Source: the human T2T-CHM13v2.0 reference genome, Homo sapiens
Length of the DNA: 64,000 nucleotides
Strand: one strand, 5' to 3'
Assembly (NCBI RefSeq): GCF_009914755.1
Contig: NC_060926.1
Made by a program: the position numbers and the translations under genes. The notes beneath the pieces are model-generated. The model ran no database searches, had not been told where the DNA came from, and saw only the letters and a program-made list of their open reading frames with translations. The first letter of the stretch is position 1, and each line of letters starts with the position of its first letter. Below, one piece after another: positions 25,641 through 41,110 of the stretch.

Positions 25641-26454
25641 ACATAATTAATAAAATGTGAATTATTTGAAGTTTCAGTGCAGATCCCTTCTTATCACTGT
25701 ATTATCTGATATTATCGAGCCACCATGAAACCTCTAGCACAGCCTACCTGTGGTACCGGGAGGCCACCCTCCCAGCCACATCGGGGTCTGCCTGATTTCT
25801 GCTTTCCTCACTGCCTGGGTCCTTCTGCCTTCCCCCAGAGACGAAGATGCTGCAAGTTAGACTTGGAGCTCTAATATTGTATTCTAAATGTAGGGCATAT
25901 ATTTTAAATAATCGTAGAGTGTTAGAGCTAAAAAGGTTTAATATGCTTTATATTAAAAACATATTTATCTTGTTAATACTCTGAGTCCATTGTGTCACCT
26001 CGGGCGGACCATTTCCCCTTTTTCTAAAACCTACACCATGGGAGGGTCTCTTTGCCAAAAAGGAGAAGTTCATGAGCTTCCATTGCCTAATATCATTCTT
26101 TGGAGGCACAGTCATAGCTCCTTATCTGGCTCTCGAAGTTCAAGTCCAGCTGTCTAGATCATAACTTTCAACTAGGAAATCACCGGGTGCCTTAAAAAAA
26201 TAACCAGCGCAAAGTTCAGGCCTCTTGTTCTAGAAAAGTAGTAAGGTTACTCCTACTAGAGCCACGGGATGTAGAATTCCAGTTACTGTTGGGGTTGTGT
26301 GTGTTTTAACAGGCACACCTCTTTCCCTGCAGCAGGGGGTACACAGCAGGCTGTGCAGAGTAGGGCAAGGTAGAAGCCCTGGGGTATGCAGGAAGGTGGG
26401 TGGGGAGGGGCTGGTGTGTCAGGGACAAATGTCAGCTCCCACATCCCTTGGTAA

Positions 26455-26862
<408 letters not shown>

Positions 26863-26889
26863 TAGTATTGTATTTACTTAAATAATGAT

Positions 26890-27060
26890 TATCAATAGCA
26901 ACTCATTTAATCCTTATAAACCCTGGGAACTGGGTACCATTATCCCTCCCATTTTACAGATGAGGAAACTGAAACACAAAGAGAGGATATGTAACTTGCC
27001 CAGCGCTGAAGACTCCCACCAGGCACAGCGCGCCTAGAATCTGTGCTCCCTGTCACCACA
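26890..27060 (-). mobile_element. MIR
   Basis: Core ccattttacagatgaggaaactga...gtaacttgccca. Confidence 0.8.
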
Positions 27061-27611
27061 GTAGACAATTGTACTCCAGCATCAACAATGAAAATCACTT
27101 TTCACTGACTTAAGTATTATTCCTTCTCCAAGTTGATCTTCCACTGGTCTAACTTAGATTCTAGCCTTTAGGCAAGAGTATCTTGTTATGAGACGTGTAA
27201 TTTGTTTCCTTTCAGGTGCCTTGCAACACAACTCTGTTTATCTCATAAGCAGTTTTAAATGCTATTTAAATTCTGACAAGGCTGAGTCCTGTACTGTGTG
27301 ATTACAGAGCAAGCACTAACTCACAAAGCTACTGTGTCCTGATTATTTCTCTAATTGTAGAGTAATTTAAGGAAGAAGGAATATATCAGCAATAACCGTA
27401 AAATGATGATGATAATGGCAGTTCTGATGTTCATACCCAACAAAGAAATCAGCAATATAACTACTGAAAGGGTGTAGATAAAATTTGTAAATACTTGCGG
27501 ATTATGTGTATGTCTAATCCAAAAAGTCAGTCTCAAACTGAGAGTTCAGTAAGATAGTTTGTAATAACAGAAACAAAAAACCAAAGCATTCCTATATCCT
27601 ACCGTAATGAT

Positions 27612-28001
<390 letters not shown>

Positions 28002-28107
28002 TGAAGGACATAGTCAGTTGAAAAATGCAGAGAGCAATACCTTGTCTCTGAACAAGAAAACTCCACATTAAAAAGACACGGATCCATCCCCAAATAAATG
28101 ATAAATA

Positions 28108-28625
28108 CAGTTGGCCCTTTGTGTCTGTGGGTTCCACATTCATGGATTCAACCCATCTCAAATCAAAAATATTTGGGAAAAAAAAAGGCTGGGTGCAGTG
28201 GCTGGCCAGGCACAGTGGCTCAGGCCTGCAATCCCAGCACTTGGGAAGGCCAAGATGGGAGGGTCGCTTGAGGCCAGGAGTTCAAGACCAGCCTGGTCAA
28301 CACAGTGAGGCCCCATTGCAATAAATAAATAAGAAAATATTTGGAAAAAAAATGGATGGTTGCCTCTGTACTGAACATGTACAGACGTTTTTCTTGTCAT
28401 TATTCTCTAAACAATACAGTCTAACAACTATTTACATAGCATTTACATTGTATTAGGTATGAACAGGAACCTAGAGATGATTCAAGTACACAGGAGGATA
28501 TGCACAGGTTATGTGCAAATACTCCACCATTTATGCTCAGAGACTTGAGCATCTCCAATTTTGGTATCCCAGTGGTTGGAAGGGGTCCTAGAACCAATGC
28601 CCCTTGAATACCGAGGGACAACTGC
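28108..28625. mobile_element. MER2-like TcMar-Tigger DNA transposon
   Basis: Terminal inverted repeats cagttggcccttt.. and ..ccgagggacaactg, TA at left; interrupted by an Alu monomer. Confidence 0.82.
28188..28335 (+). mobile_element. FLAM / Alu monomer inserted in MER2
   Basis: Monomer with doubled 5' head; TSD-like aaaatatttggaaaaaaaa on both sides. Confidence 0.85.
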
Positions 28626-28694
28626 ATAATGCATTTCAAATAAAATCTCAGTTTAGAGGGGAAGGTTGGTTGAAAGCTTAACAAATAGACTCTA

Positions 28695-29123
<429 letters not shown>

Positions 29124-29231
29124 TCAAACACAATCTCACCTCCCTGTTCAAATACTTTCAGTGGGTCCTTTACGGCTTCCTGAATAAAGTCCAAGTTCCT
29201 TAACCTGCGTACTGTAAAAAGAGCATTCTGA

Positions 29232-29951
<720 letters not shown>

Positions 29952-30971
29952 CCTATTCTTAATTGTGTTCATCTGAGGACTAAGAACTCCACAAGCTTGG
30001 CTTTGGGAATAGCAGTAAAGCAACAACACAGTGCTGGGCTCGAAGACGGACAGCTGCCTGAAAGACAGCAGAAGCTCCCTGAGTGTGCCAAAAGCACTGA
30101 TGAAGTTTTAAACCTAGTCCAAGCTAACTGAGTGATGCTAGACCTTCCCGCAACTTCTCTAACCTGGATGTAAATTGTAATTCTAGAGCCCCTTGTTTTG
30201 CGGGAAAAAAATAATCTGTGTATGGTCAAATAGCAGATGGAATGAGCTGCCAGACGGAATCTTTTGCCAGTGCAACGGAACAAAGTACTTGTTCATGCCA
30301 GGCTCAGGTCCCCTGTTACTTGCAGTCCTCCGGGCAGTCCTGTCTGCTGGCTGTCTCTCTCCCTGCTTTACGTAGGAAGCTGGAAGAGGTCAGGGGATTT
30401 CCTTGAAATTACAGGCTAGTGAATGGCAGAACAGGAGCTCGAGCCTGATTATCTGCTAAACCTCTGCTTTGGAGCTTTGAGGCCTTCTGCACAGGTCACT
30501 TGCATTCTCTGTGTAGGGGTGCAGGGTTGTTTTCTCTCCCATCGGCTTACTCTTGGATTGGGCCTTCCCAGAGGTGCCGAGAAGCAAAACCCAGTTCTTT
30601 GATCTTCTCACTTCAGCTGTTCTTTCTTCCAGCCAACTTCCAGGATTACATCCCTTGGTGTGACCACACCACATCTGAAATCTCAACTCCCCACTTCCCA
30701 CCCAGTGACCTGCACCTCCTGTCTTTCAATGCTCCTGGCGCTGACTTTCTTGCCGTCCCTGACAAGCAGCCCTGCCTTCAAGTTCTCACTGGATGAAAGA
30801 AGAAGGCAACAGATGTTAGATGCCGTGTGCACATATTCCCATCTTGACCATTCTTTCTGTGCATGCTTTGCTGTGGAACTGTTGGGGCCCCATCCAGCTG
30901 TATAAGCTGAGACGTGAATGTGCTTCCACAGTGTGGGCACCTCGGATGCAGGTACAGGCCCCTCTAGATCC

Positions 30972-31150
30972 AGGGCCACTTGGCAATGTCTGAGATATTT
31001 TTGGTTGTAACAGCTGGGGTGGAGAGCGCTGCCAGCGTCTGGTGGGTGGAGCCAGGAACGCGGCTAGCCATCCTGCAATGCACAGGACAGCCGCCCACGA
31101 CAAGGAACTGTGCAACCCCAAACGTCAGGGGACCCTGCTCTTTATCAATC
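30972..31150. mobile_element. MER20 (hAT) fragment
   Basis: cacttggcaatgtctgagatatttttggttgt...catcctgcaatgcacaggacagcc...ccccaaacgtca. Confidence 0.8.
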
Positions 31151-32162
31151 CTAGGGTTTCCCAAAAAGCCCGACAGCACATTTGATACAGATGCCACCAA
31201 CGGGGTGGAGACAAGGGGCGAGGGCTTCAGTGGAATCTCAGCAACTAAAATCAAGCCGACGGTCAGGTCAGAGAAGCGTTTGGAAAGCCTCCAGTGCGTT
31301 TAGGGGACCACGCCCTCTCATCATGCCAAGGCAGCTGCCCAGTGAGGTACAGGGTATAAAGGTGACGTGGTCAGGAGTGGCTATTTGATCTCCAGTTATT
31401 CCAGAATTTCCACTCTCGTGCCAAGCATGTCTCTCCAAATGGCTGCTCTCTGGCGTTCCTCACACTCCCCCTGAAGTTCATCTAAGATCTTCATTCTTCA
31501 AAGGTGAGGCTTGTATGTTCTATGTCCAAGTCTTCTCTAAAGATATCCAATTTGTACACATGGAGAACATTTTTTGTACTCGAATAGTTGATGACTTTTC
31601 TTTGAGCTATCTCTCAAGGGCCAAAGTGCAAAAGGGCAAACCCTTCTATTAGAGTGTGGGTCTATGTTTTTAGTGTTATGCCGAAGTGTGTTTTAGCCTT
31701 TATTTTCCTTTATGGAAATTCATTTTCTTGGAAAGATCATTTTGGGGATGCTGTTTTAGGATTTCTGTACCTTCAGCTGGAAGGATGCTCACCGTTCCTG
31801 ATGTTCATGTCTGCCCTTCAGTCAGGGAGCCTGGAAGCCAAGTTGCTTAGTGGCAGTGCTTTACTTTTAAGCCTTCGAATACATCTTGAGTACCTTAAAC
31901 TTCTCTGTATGCTATGGGTACTGTTTAAATTCAGATTATGGAGTCCTATTCTCCCCACACTTCTTTTTTTTGTGAATGACATTTATCAATGACATTTGTA
32001 GCGTGGTGGATTCTGAAGTTTTCAGCTAGTAGCGTAAAGATTTATTTCATGGCTCTGACTGTCAGGAATATTCTCTTTTCTAGAATGTTAAACTCATAGG
32101 CAGGATTACTGAGGCAAAGCCACATAAATGAGGGAATCTCTGGAAAAAATACATTGCTTTTA

Positions 32163-32488
<326 letters not shown>

Positions 32489-32811
32489 CAAATTGCCATT
32501 TTCTATTCCTAAGTATATATTGAAGCATTTGATTTATTTCTTCTCAGTGGGGTATACTGTTAGCTGGTGAATGCAGTTGTTGAGGATGAAGCTTATTTCC
32601 CCATGTCAGCATCTATTCTGAACATTTTAAATGAACTATTCTGAGAGCATGTATAGATTTTTTTTTTCTTCACAGGAGAGCTGCCTTAGGAGGACTTTTC
32701 AGAGTTTGTGCCTATAAGACTGAGAAATACATAATGGATTTTAGCTGTCGTGTTTTTAGAAGGTAATTGGTAGATATTTGCAGTGCATTGTCTTCATGAA
32801 AAACAAAATTG

Positions 32812-33140
32812 GGCCTGGTGCGGTGGCTCAGACCTGTAATTCCAACACTTTGGGAGGCCAAGGTTAGTGGATTGCTTGAGCCCAGGAGTTCAAGATCACC
32901 CTGGGCAACATGCTGAAACCCTGTCTCTGAAAAAAAAAAAAAAAATTAGCCAGGCGTGGTGGTGCACACCTGCAGGCCTAGCTACTTGGGAGGCTGAGTT
33001 GGGAGGATAGCTTGAGACAAGGTTGCAGTGAGCCAAGGTTGTATGTAGTGAGCCAAGATTGTGCCATTGCACTCCAACCTGACACTCAACAGTGTGAGAC
33101 CTTGTCTCCCTACCCCCCCCCCACAAAAAAACCCCAAAAA
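32812..33140 (+). mobile_element. AluJ with a small internal duplication
   Basis: Dimer; agtgagccaag appears twice in the right arm. Confidence 0.88.
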
Positions 33141-35300
33141 TCAGAAGTGGTTTTCTTAGAGATGCTTTACTGGAGGTGTTTGTGGCCATTTCCTTGGCTA
33201 CTGTGTATAGAGGAGGTTACTGTGGTCACTCTGGTATGGACTTAAAAAGCATCAATTCTGTGGAACACACTGGGAAAGCGGATACATTTAGGATTGCTAT
33301 AGACTTATTCCTAGACACTTTTTGAGATGAGTTTAATTCCAGAGTAAAATACATTAGAAATTATTTTAAGTATGCCTCAGAGTGTATCACAAAACAACAT
33401 TTAATGGTGTAATGTAACGCCATGGAAGGGCTCTGAGCTCAGGTACAGCGCACCTTGACTGGGACACATACAGCTCTGAGGCAGGTCCTTCAATATTGGG
33501 TCCTCCTGCTCCTTATCCTCCCTCAACTCTGCCATCCACTCTTCCTGCACAGGAAGCTCTGCATCTAGTTATCTGCCCTCTCCTGGCCACTTTGGTGTCC
33601 TCATTCCCATGGAGCTCACAATCGGATCAAATCCTGAGTCAGTACAAGATGCCAGTGCCTGCAGCTCCCCTCCCCGCTCCCCACACCCAGCCTTTGGTCG
33701 GCAGCCCCTCAGGCCTTGCCCCACCCACTCCATCTTTTCTCACTGTCCTTTCAGCCTCCAGACAGGCTCACATCTCTTCCATCCTTAAAAACCGACAAAC
33801 CATGAATAAATCTCCCCCACGCAAAGCCTTTTCCTTGGTCCCGCCTTCCTTCAAGGCTGCCGTCTACCATTTATTACACATGCACAAATCACAGAAAATG
33901 TTTAATTGCCAAATTTTAATGGCAGAATGTAATGACCAGTGTTTTTCTAGTTGCAAATTAAAGTCTTTCCTGACCTTGCTCTCTTCACTCTGTGGCTTCC
34001 AGGAGATGTCTCTATTTTCTGACTCTCTAACTACCCCTTCTCTGTCTTGACTTGTTCTTACACACCTCTTATCCTTCCCATGTAAGTGTCTCAAGGTTCC
34101 TTCCTTCAGGCTCCTTTCTGTTCTGTGCATGCTGCCTGATTTTATCACCACCTTTAACTAATCGGTAGTGTGTGCTGAGGTGCCTGTTAGACTCCTCCAC
34201 TGAGGCTTTCTGCCTCCAATTCAAATTCAGTTCAATCAATAATCAAACCCATCACCTTCCTTAGAAAATCTAAAGAGATTTAAAAAGCAAAAACAATAAA
34301 AGACCTATTAGATGAAAAATAAGTGTGATGAATTGCTGGGTGCTAGGTAGTTATGAAAAAATATCCTAAAGACATGTCATTTTTAAAAGAGTTTCTATTC
34401 CCAATTGCTACAGAAGTATAAAATACTGAAGAACAATGAGAATTAATGACAATTCATCAAAGTCCTCCATTTTGTTAGGAAAACCATTCATCCATCTATC
34501 CATCTACCCACCCATCATTTATAAGGCACCTACCATGTTCCAAGCAGTGAGAACATGCTTTTAATCGGGAGAGCCCATTCATAACCTGGGGGTGGGGGCT
34601 GAGGGAGGTGGTGGGAGAGGTTCAGTACCCAGGTCACAGGGCAGCTGTGGGAAGGCTGCATGCTGCCATATGTAAGCCCGGCACTGGAGCTGTTGTGGAT
34701 GCTGGAGACAAGCTCACTGTTGCTTTCCAGACGCTCTTGCTCTTCTGTCCACCGGAGGCAGTCAGGACCCTGGCCTGAGGGCCAAGAATACTTTGTGCCT
34801 GAGCTGGACCAGCTGGCCGTGGGGTACCACCTTCTTTGCAGACAGCAGGCAGGGTCTGGATCCCCTGCTTGATGCTCCTACCAGTGCCCCTAGTCTTACT
34901 GGGAGATCCGGCTCCTGGCATTGACCTGGGTGTGTGCCCTGCTTTGCCAGTGCCCCTGGAGTGGGAGGTGTGGTCACTGGTCCACCAGGAAGACAGCTAA
35001 GGGCATTCGTTGAGTCCACGTGATGACTTTCTGCTCTGAGTGAGGCCCCTGGATGGCTGGGAGGAAGGAAGCAGCTCTGCGTCAGGCGGCGTGCCGCTGG
35101 TGCATTCCATCATGATGTGCTAAGGGCTGAGGAGACCTGGGTTGAAAACCTAGCTTCGCTCTTCCAATGTGCATCTGTGGACAAGTGCTATAACCTCTGT
35201 GAGCCTCAGTGTGTGGATAAAGTCTGTTGTAAACTGAAAGGTGCTGTGTAAATTTCAAGTGATCATTTCATGAGCCACACGTATAACAGATGTGTTTTTA

Positions 35301-35663
<363 letters not shown>

Positions 35664-36443
35664 TCATGGTTTGTAGAAGTAATTTACTGACATTTATTCT
35701 GCTGTCATGAGTATGGCTAGTGATTCACGTTCATGAAAAACAGATGTTAGGGCTCTGATTTAGAAAAATGACTTCATGTTAGTTATCTGACTAATGGGGA
35801 GGCTGAGAGCCACTGTGTCCTCCCCGTCTGCCCTCAGCCTTGTGTTGTCATCCCTGTAAGGGTTTGTCTCTGTAGCCCCAAACCACAGTGGGAGGCGCAG
35901 CTAGTGAACCTTGCAACAGACTAACACCATGGAGACAAAGTAAACCATGTTTGGGTGTGGCCCCAAATTGGCTAACTGTTCTGGCATTTTCTGGTTAGCT
36001 ATGATTCTGATGTTCCTAGAACAAAATTAGACCATGCTACTGGCCTTTCGTTCTTTTCTCAGGAGTCTCCTATACTTCTGAGAATGGATTTTTAGATTTC
36101 AGACATGTAATTTTCATTGAGAGGGCACAGAGGAAGACAAAGTTATATCACAGGCCTGGCAACTTTTAAGGATGCCCTCTGAGGCAGTCAGACAAAACCC
36201 AAAGTACCCTCTCAGTGCAGAGATTCTGGGCTTAACCAGTGATGTCGGGAGGTCAGTTCTGTGTGTCTACAGGCCATTAACTGCAGTTTGGAAGGGGCCA
36301 TAAATTCCAAGGCACTTGTTAGAAGGGGCTGTCCCTGGATCATCCTTACCAAAAGAAGGAGGAAGTCAAGCCCTGGTCACTGACCTCTCAGCTCTTTAGT
36401 TAAGACCCTGGGCCCCATGCTGGTATGGTCCAGATGGACCCCC

Positions 36444-36757
36444 TTTTTTTTTTTTTCTTTTTTTTTTTTTTTGAGACAGAGTCTCACTCTGTTGTCCAGG
36501 CTAGTAGAATGCAGTGGCATGATCTCAGCTTACTGCAACCTCCACCTCCTGTGTTCAAGTGATTCTCATGCCTCTGCCTCCCAAATAGCTGAGATTACAG
36601 ATGTGCACCACCACACCCAGCTAACTTTTGTATTTTTAGTAGAGATGGGGTTTTGTCATGTTGGCCAGGCTGGTCTCGAACTCCTGGGCTCAGGTGATCC
36701 ACCCTCCTCGGCCTCCCCAAGTGCTGGGATTACAGGTGTGGGTCACTGTGCCTGGCC
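36444..36757 (-). mobile_element. AluS
   Basis: Full dimer; TSD-like ccagatggaccc / ccagatgcaccc. Confidence 0.94.
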
Positions 36758-37136
36758 CCAGATGCACCCTCTTCCGAGGAAACCCCCCACCCCCCTGCTC
36801 AGACCTTTCCAAGGTGCCCTCGGGGTTTTAGTTTTGTCTTCGAGGTGTATGATTTAACGTTACTCTGCCAAGCCATCTTTAGAGCTGTGAGTACTGGGAT
36901 GAACATTTTGTGTATCTCCATGTTTCTATAAAATGCCACCTTTCAGAGCCACACCCACACCCTGACTTCTGACCCGGCCTTCCCATGCGTCAAGTTTGTG
37001 GGTTCCAGTCACCCATTCACCACCCTCACAATTGACCTTGCTCTACGTTGAAAAAAAAAAAAAAGACTGGGGGTGGGAGAGGGGACTACCTCAGAAGGGG
37101 GCTTCAAGAAGGGGACTTTAAAGTTACCTGTATTAT

Positions 37137-37214
37137 TTAGGTTGGCGTAAAAGTATTGCATTTTTCGCTGTTAATTTTAATGGAAAAACTGCAATTACTT
37201 TTGCACCATCCTAA
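37137..37214. mobile_element. MADE1 (Hsmar1-derived MITE)
   Basis: ~78-bp palindrome ttaggttggcgtaaaagtattgc...gcaattacttttgcaccatcctaa followed by TA. Confidence 0.9.
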
Positions 37215-38368
37215 TAAAACTGGGAGGCAACTGTGGATCCTCTGCATTTTATTCCTGGGGCTCTGGGATCTAAAAACACCAAGAAAGATGTATTAGCATT
37301 CAACTTACAGTATAGACTTTGCTCTTGAGCTGGGGATGGTTCTGAGACTTCCACCTCACAGGACTGGCTGGGCTGAAACCCAAGTCAGAATGTAGCATCC
37401 TCTCATCTAGAAGGGTGTCAGGATGGCAGTTTTCTTTAATATGCTACTACTTAGCAGAATCAGAAACCAGCCATTATTTTATTGCTGGTAATGTTCATTT
37501 GTTCCTGGGACTAAGACTCATCAGCTCGCTGCTTCTTACTCTGTGAGTGTCCTGGCATGGTCCCCTCCCTGCCACCTACATCCTCTGCAGCAGCCCCTTC
37601 CCACAGCTGTTGTGGCAGGCAGTGGGTTTGTTCTCTTTCCTGGGCTGCCCACAGTCTTGCTGCCTGGCCCATCCCAGTTCTTGGTCTGGTGCCCAGCTTC
37701 CTTCCTGCTATGGAGGAGGAGGAGGAGGCCTGGGCACCTTGAGTCAGGGCACCTACCAAGGGGACTCTATCTGGAAAAGAGGGGACTCCAGAGGCAGCAA
37801 GGCAGGTGCTGGTTTGCTTTTACTGGACTCCCAGGACACTAGGCAGCAGGCTAGCAGGGCAGCTCACCCTGACTGTGCCCAGCGGGATCCCCGTGTTAGA
37901 GCCTTTGGTCCTCACCCTCACAGCGGGCACTGTCATTATCACCGGCATGTTTTGGGTAAGACTCCAGGCACAGAAGCTAAGTAACTTGCTCAATATCCCT
38001 TAGTGAGTGGCAGGGCCAGGAACTGAACGAGGTGGCTTAATTCCAGAGCCCACTTCTTAATCCCTTCCCTGTATGGTTTTCAGAAGCTGGTAACTAGCAA
38101 TTGACTGGCAGCCTGGGGGTTAGGAAAATGTGTCTTGTGGCAATTACAGGTGTCTTCAAGCATTGCCTCAGGGACATGCCAAGGGAACGGAAACCAGTCC
38201 CAGTACCCTGCTCTGGGAGATGTGGTCACAGGGTTCGGGGTGTTGAGTAGCTTTAGAATCTGCCTATCTAGATCAGAATATTCAAAATCAAGTCTCAGAA
38301 GAAGAGGGCTGTTTTATTAATGGGTTATCATTCTCATCAGTGAAGTTGTGACCACTGGTAAAAGTCTA

Positions 38369-38894
<526 letters not shown>

Positions 38895-39189
38895 TCATCT
38901 TAAGTTCAACGTTTCTTCCCCAGCGGTTCTCTAGGCCTTTGCTCGGCCCCTCTTTTCCTTCTCCCCTATCCCTCCCAAGTCGTCCTTCGGCTCCTCAGCA
39001 CCCATTTTCCCTGCTGCACACCCTCCTGACAACTCCTGCCCTGAAGCCCTGGGCCCGGGTCACGGCGGGAAGGTGAGTGCTCACAGGCGCGAGCTCACGT
39101 TACCAAGTTGGGTCAGCGTGCAGAGAAAAGGGAATTGGGAATTGGAGGGCTGTAAAATGTAAATGTGCTTTAAATTTTACATTTCCTGG

Positions 39190-41110
39190 CGTGGCCAGGA
39201 CAGGCTGACCTTCCGATTACAATCCGCGTCATCCCGTCGCTTCTGCCCCCAGCCTGGCGAGGTCGGGAACCGTTTCCCGCAGGACTTTCATTGGGAGTTA
39301 CGAGGGCGCCCTGTGCCTGGAGGTGGCGCGGGCTGGAGCCCTCCCGGAGGAGACCGGCGCCTGGCAGGGGGTCGTCGCGGCCGCAGCCTGGACGGTGTGG
39401 ACCCCGGGTTCTGCGACGCCAGATCGGCCCCAGCGGCCCGCACCCGCACCCTGCAAGCTCGTTCTCCCCTGCGGGCCGCCGCACCGGGCCAAGGGGGGCT
39501 GTGTGCACGCAGCTGCGTCGTCCTGGAAGTCGGCCCTTCTCGGGATGCCGCGTTAGTGGGGTGCCCGGCCGGCAGGTGCAGCGGTGCTGGGGCCTAGGCT
39601 TCCGCGTCCAGGAAGCTCAGCGTGGCCTGAGGGTGATGGATGTGGGGGAGCCGGGAACTCATACCCTCGCCCAGCCCCGGGCAGGTCCCCCCCCGGAGGG
39701 GACCCCCTCTTCGGGTCGACCCCTACTGGGCGCGGCATCCTCCCCGGAGCGCCCGCTTCCCACGGCCCCTGCGGGTGGAGCTGCGGCCGGAGCCTGAGGG
39801 GTCTTTTCCTCCAGGTCCTCTTTCCGGCGGGGGCCGGAGGGGTGGTGATGGACAGCCCGGGAGGGGCGGGGCAGGACCAGGAAGATCCTTCCGAGACGGA
39901 GCGCGGGGGGCGGGGCGGGGCTCGCGTTAAGGGAGCGCGGAAGGGCGGGACAGGCCGTGGGGCGGGGCCTGGGTGGGGCGGAGCCGGTGGGGGTGGGGAA
40001 AGGGGCGTAACCGGGAGGGACCCTCCGAGGCGGAGCGGCGCAGGGGGGCGGGGAAGGCGGGTCATGGGGCGGGGGCGGTGGGGCGAGTCATGGGGCGGGG
40101 ACGGGGCGGGGCGTAGCCGGGAGGGCCCCTCCGAGGCGGAACTGCGTGGGGGGCGGGGCGGGCCGTGGGACGGGCGGAGGCGCCCGAGTCCCGCTTCCCC
40201 GGCGCCCTTCCACCCCGAGCCCGACTCAGCCCGCGGCCACCTGCGCCCCGCCCCTGTCGGCCGCGCCCGAGCCCAGCGCCGCGAGCCGCTCCCCGGCGGG
40301 CTGGCTCCTGGCCCCGGAAGCGCGAGCGTTCACTTAGCGGCGAGTGGCTCCGTCTCCGCGGACAGAGCGCGCGCCCCCTGGCCCGGCCCGCGAGGGGCTC
40401 CCGGCGCGGTCCCCGAGCATTTCCCGCCGGGTGGAGCGGGCCGAGCCCGGCAGGATGACCAGCCCCGCGGCCGCTCAAAGCCGGGAGATCGACTGTTTGA
40501 GCCCGGAAGCGCAGAAGCTGGTAAGAGGAAAGCGCTTCCGAAACTTTCTTTCGTGACTGCGGCGGGGTTTCAGGGGCTTCCAGCTCGTTCCGAGGTCAAT
40601 GGCAGGCGCAGGTGCCCGGGAGGCGTGGGGTGGGCTCTGGCGGGACCCCAGCGCGGTGGGAGCGGGCGCAGTGGGCGCGGGTCCGTGAGTGGCCCGGCGA
40701 GCGGCGTCCCTCATGCGCTAGGAAGCACGCTTTATTGTGGGACGCCACCTCCAAGGACGAAAAGGCACATGGTCTCTCCCCGCCCGAGGTGATGGGCTGC
40801 AGACAGGCTCTGACCAGGTCTGCGCCTGGCCTGGAGTCACAGGGAGCTGCTAGTTTGCTATTTTACAAAATACAGCATCAAGGACCGGGTGGCCAGAGCC
40901 GGTGCCCTCACCCGCTGTTGGAACCACCGGGGAGCGGCTGGGGTGCTTTGGAGCACTCAACCCGCTCAGCACCTGGGGACCACCTCCGCCGAGGACTCCA
41001 GACGCCAAATCCACTTTGGCTAGTCTCCCGGGTCCGCCCAGCGCGGACAGGATCCTGCCTCTAGGATTTTGCCGTTGTCCAGCTCAATATGCAGTCGTGG
41101 GGCTACGGCT
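39190..41110. promoter_or_regulatory. CpG island / internal promoter of LRRFIP1
   Basis: Very high GC and CpG density, many GGGCGG (SP/KLF) boxes between 39860 and 40260, no clear TATA; contains the ATG exon at 40455. Confidence 0.92.
40455..40520 (+). CDS. LRRFIP1: LRRFIP1 alternative first coding exon ([22 protein letters not shown]), phase-0 donor
   Basis: ATG at 40455 with A at -3; 22 codons matching the recognised N-terminus of LRRFIP1/GCF2; followed by donor CTG|GTAAGA at 40521; lies in a CpG island and joins in frame to the exon at 56544. Confidence 0.96.

Noticed and set aside
39190-40520. Autoregulatory GCF2 site (AGCCCCCGGCG) in its own promoter
   Set aside because: No exact match seen; partial matches are trivial in a CpG island
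39584-40792. 402-aa ORF across the CpG island
   Set aside because: G/R/P/A-rich translation expected from stop-poor GC-rich DNA; non-ATG start; out of frame with LRRFIP1 and runs through its donor site; no recognisable domain
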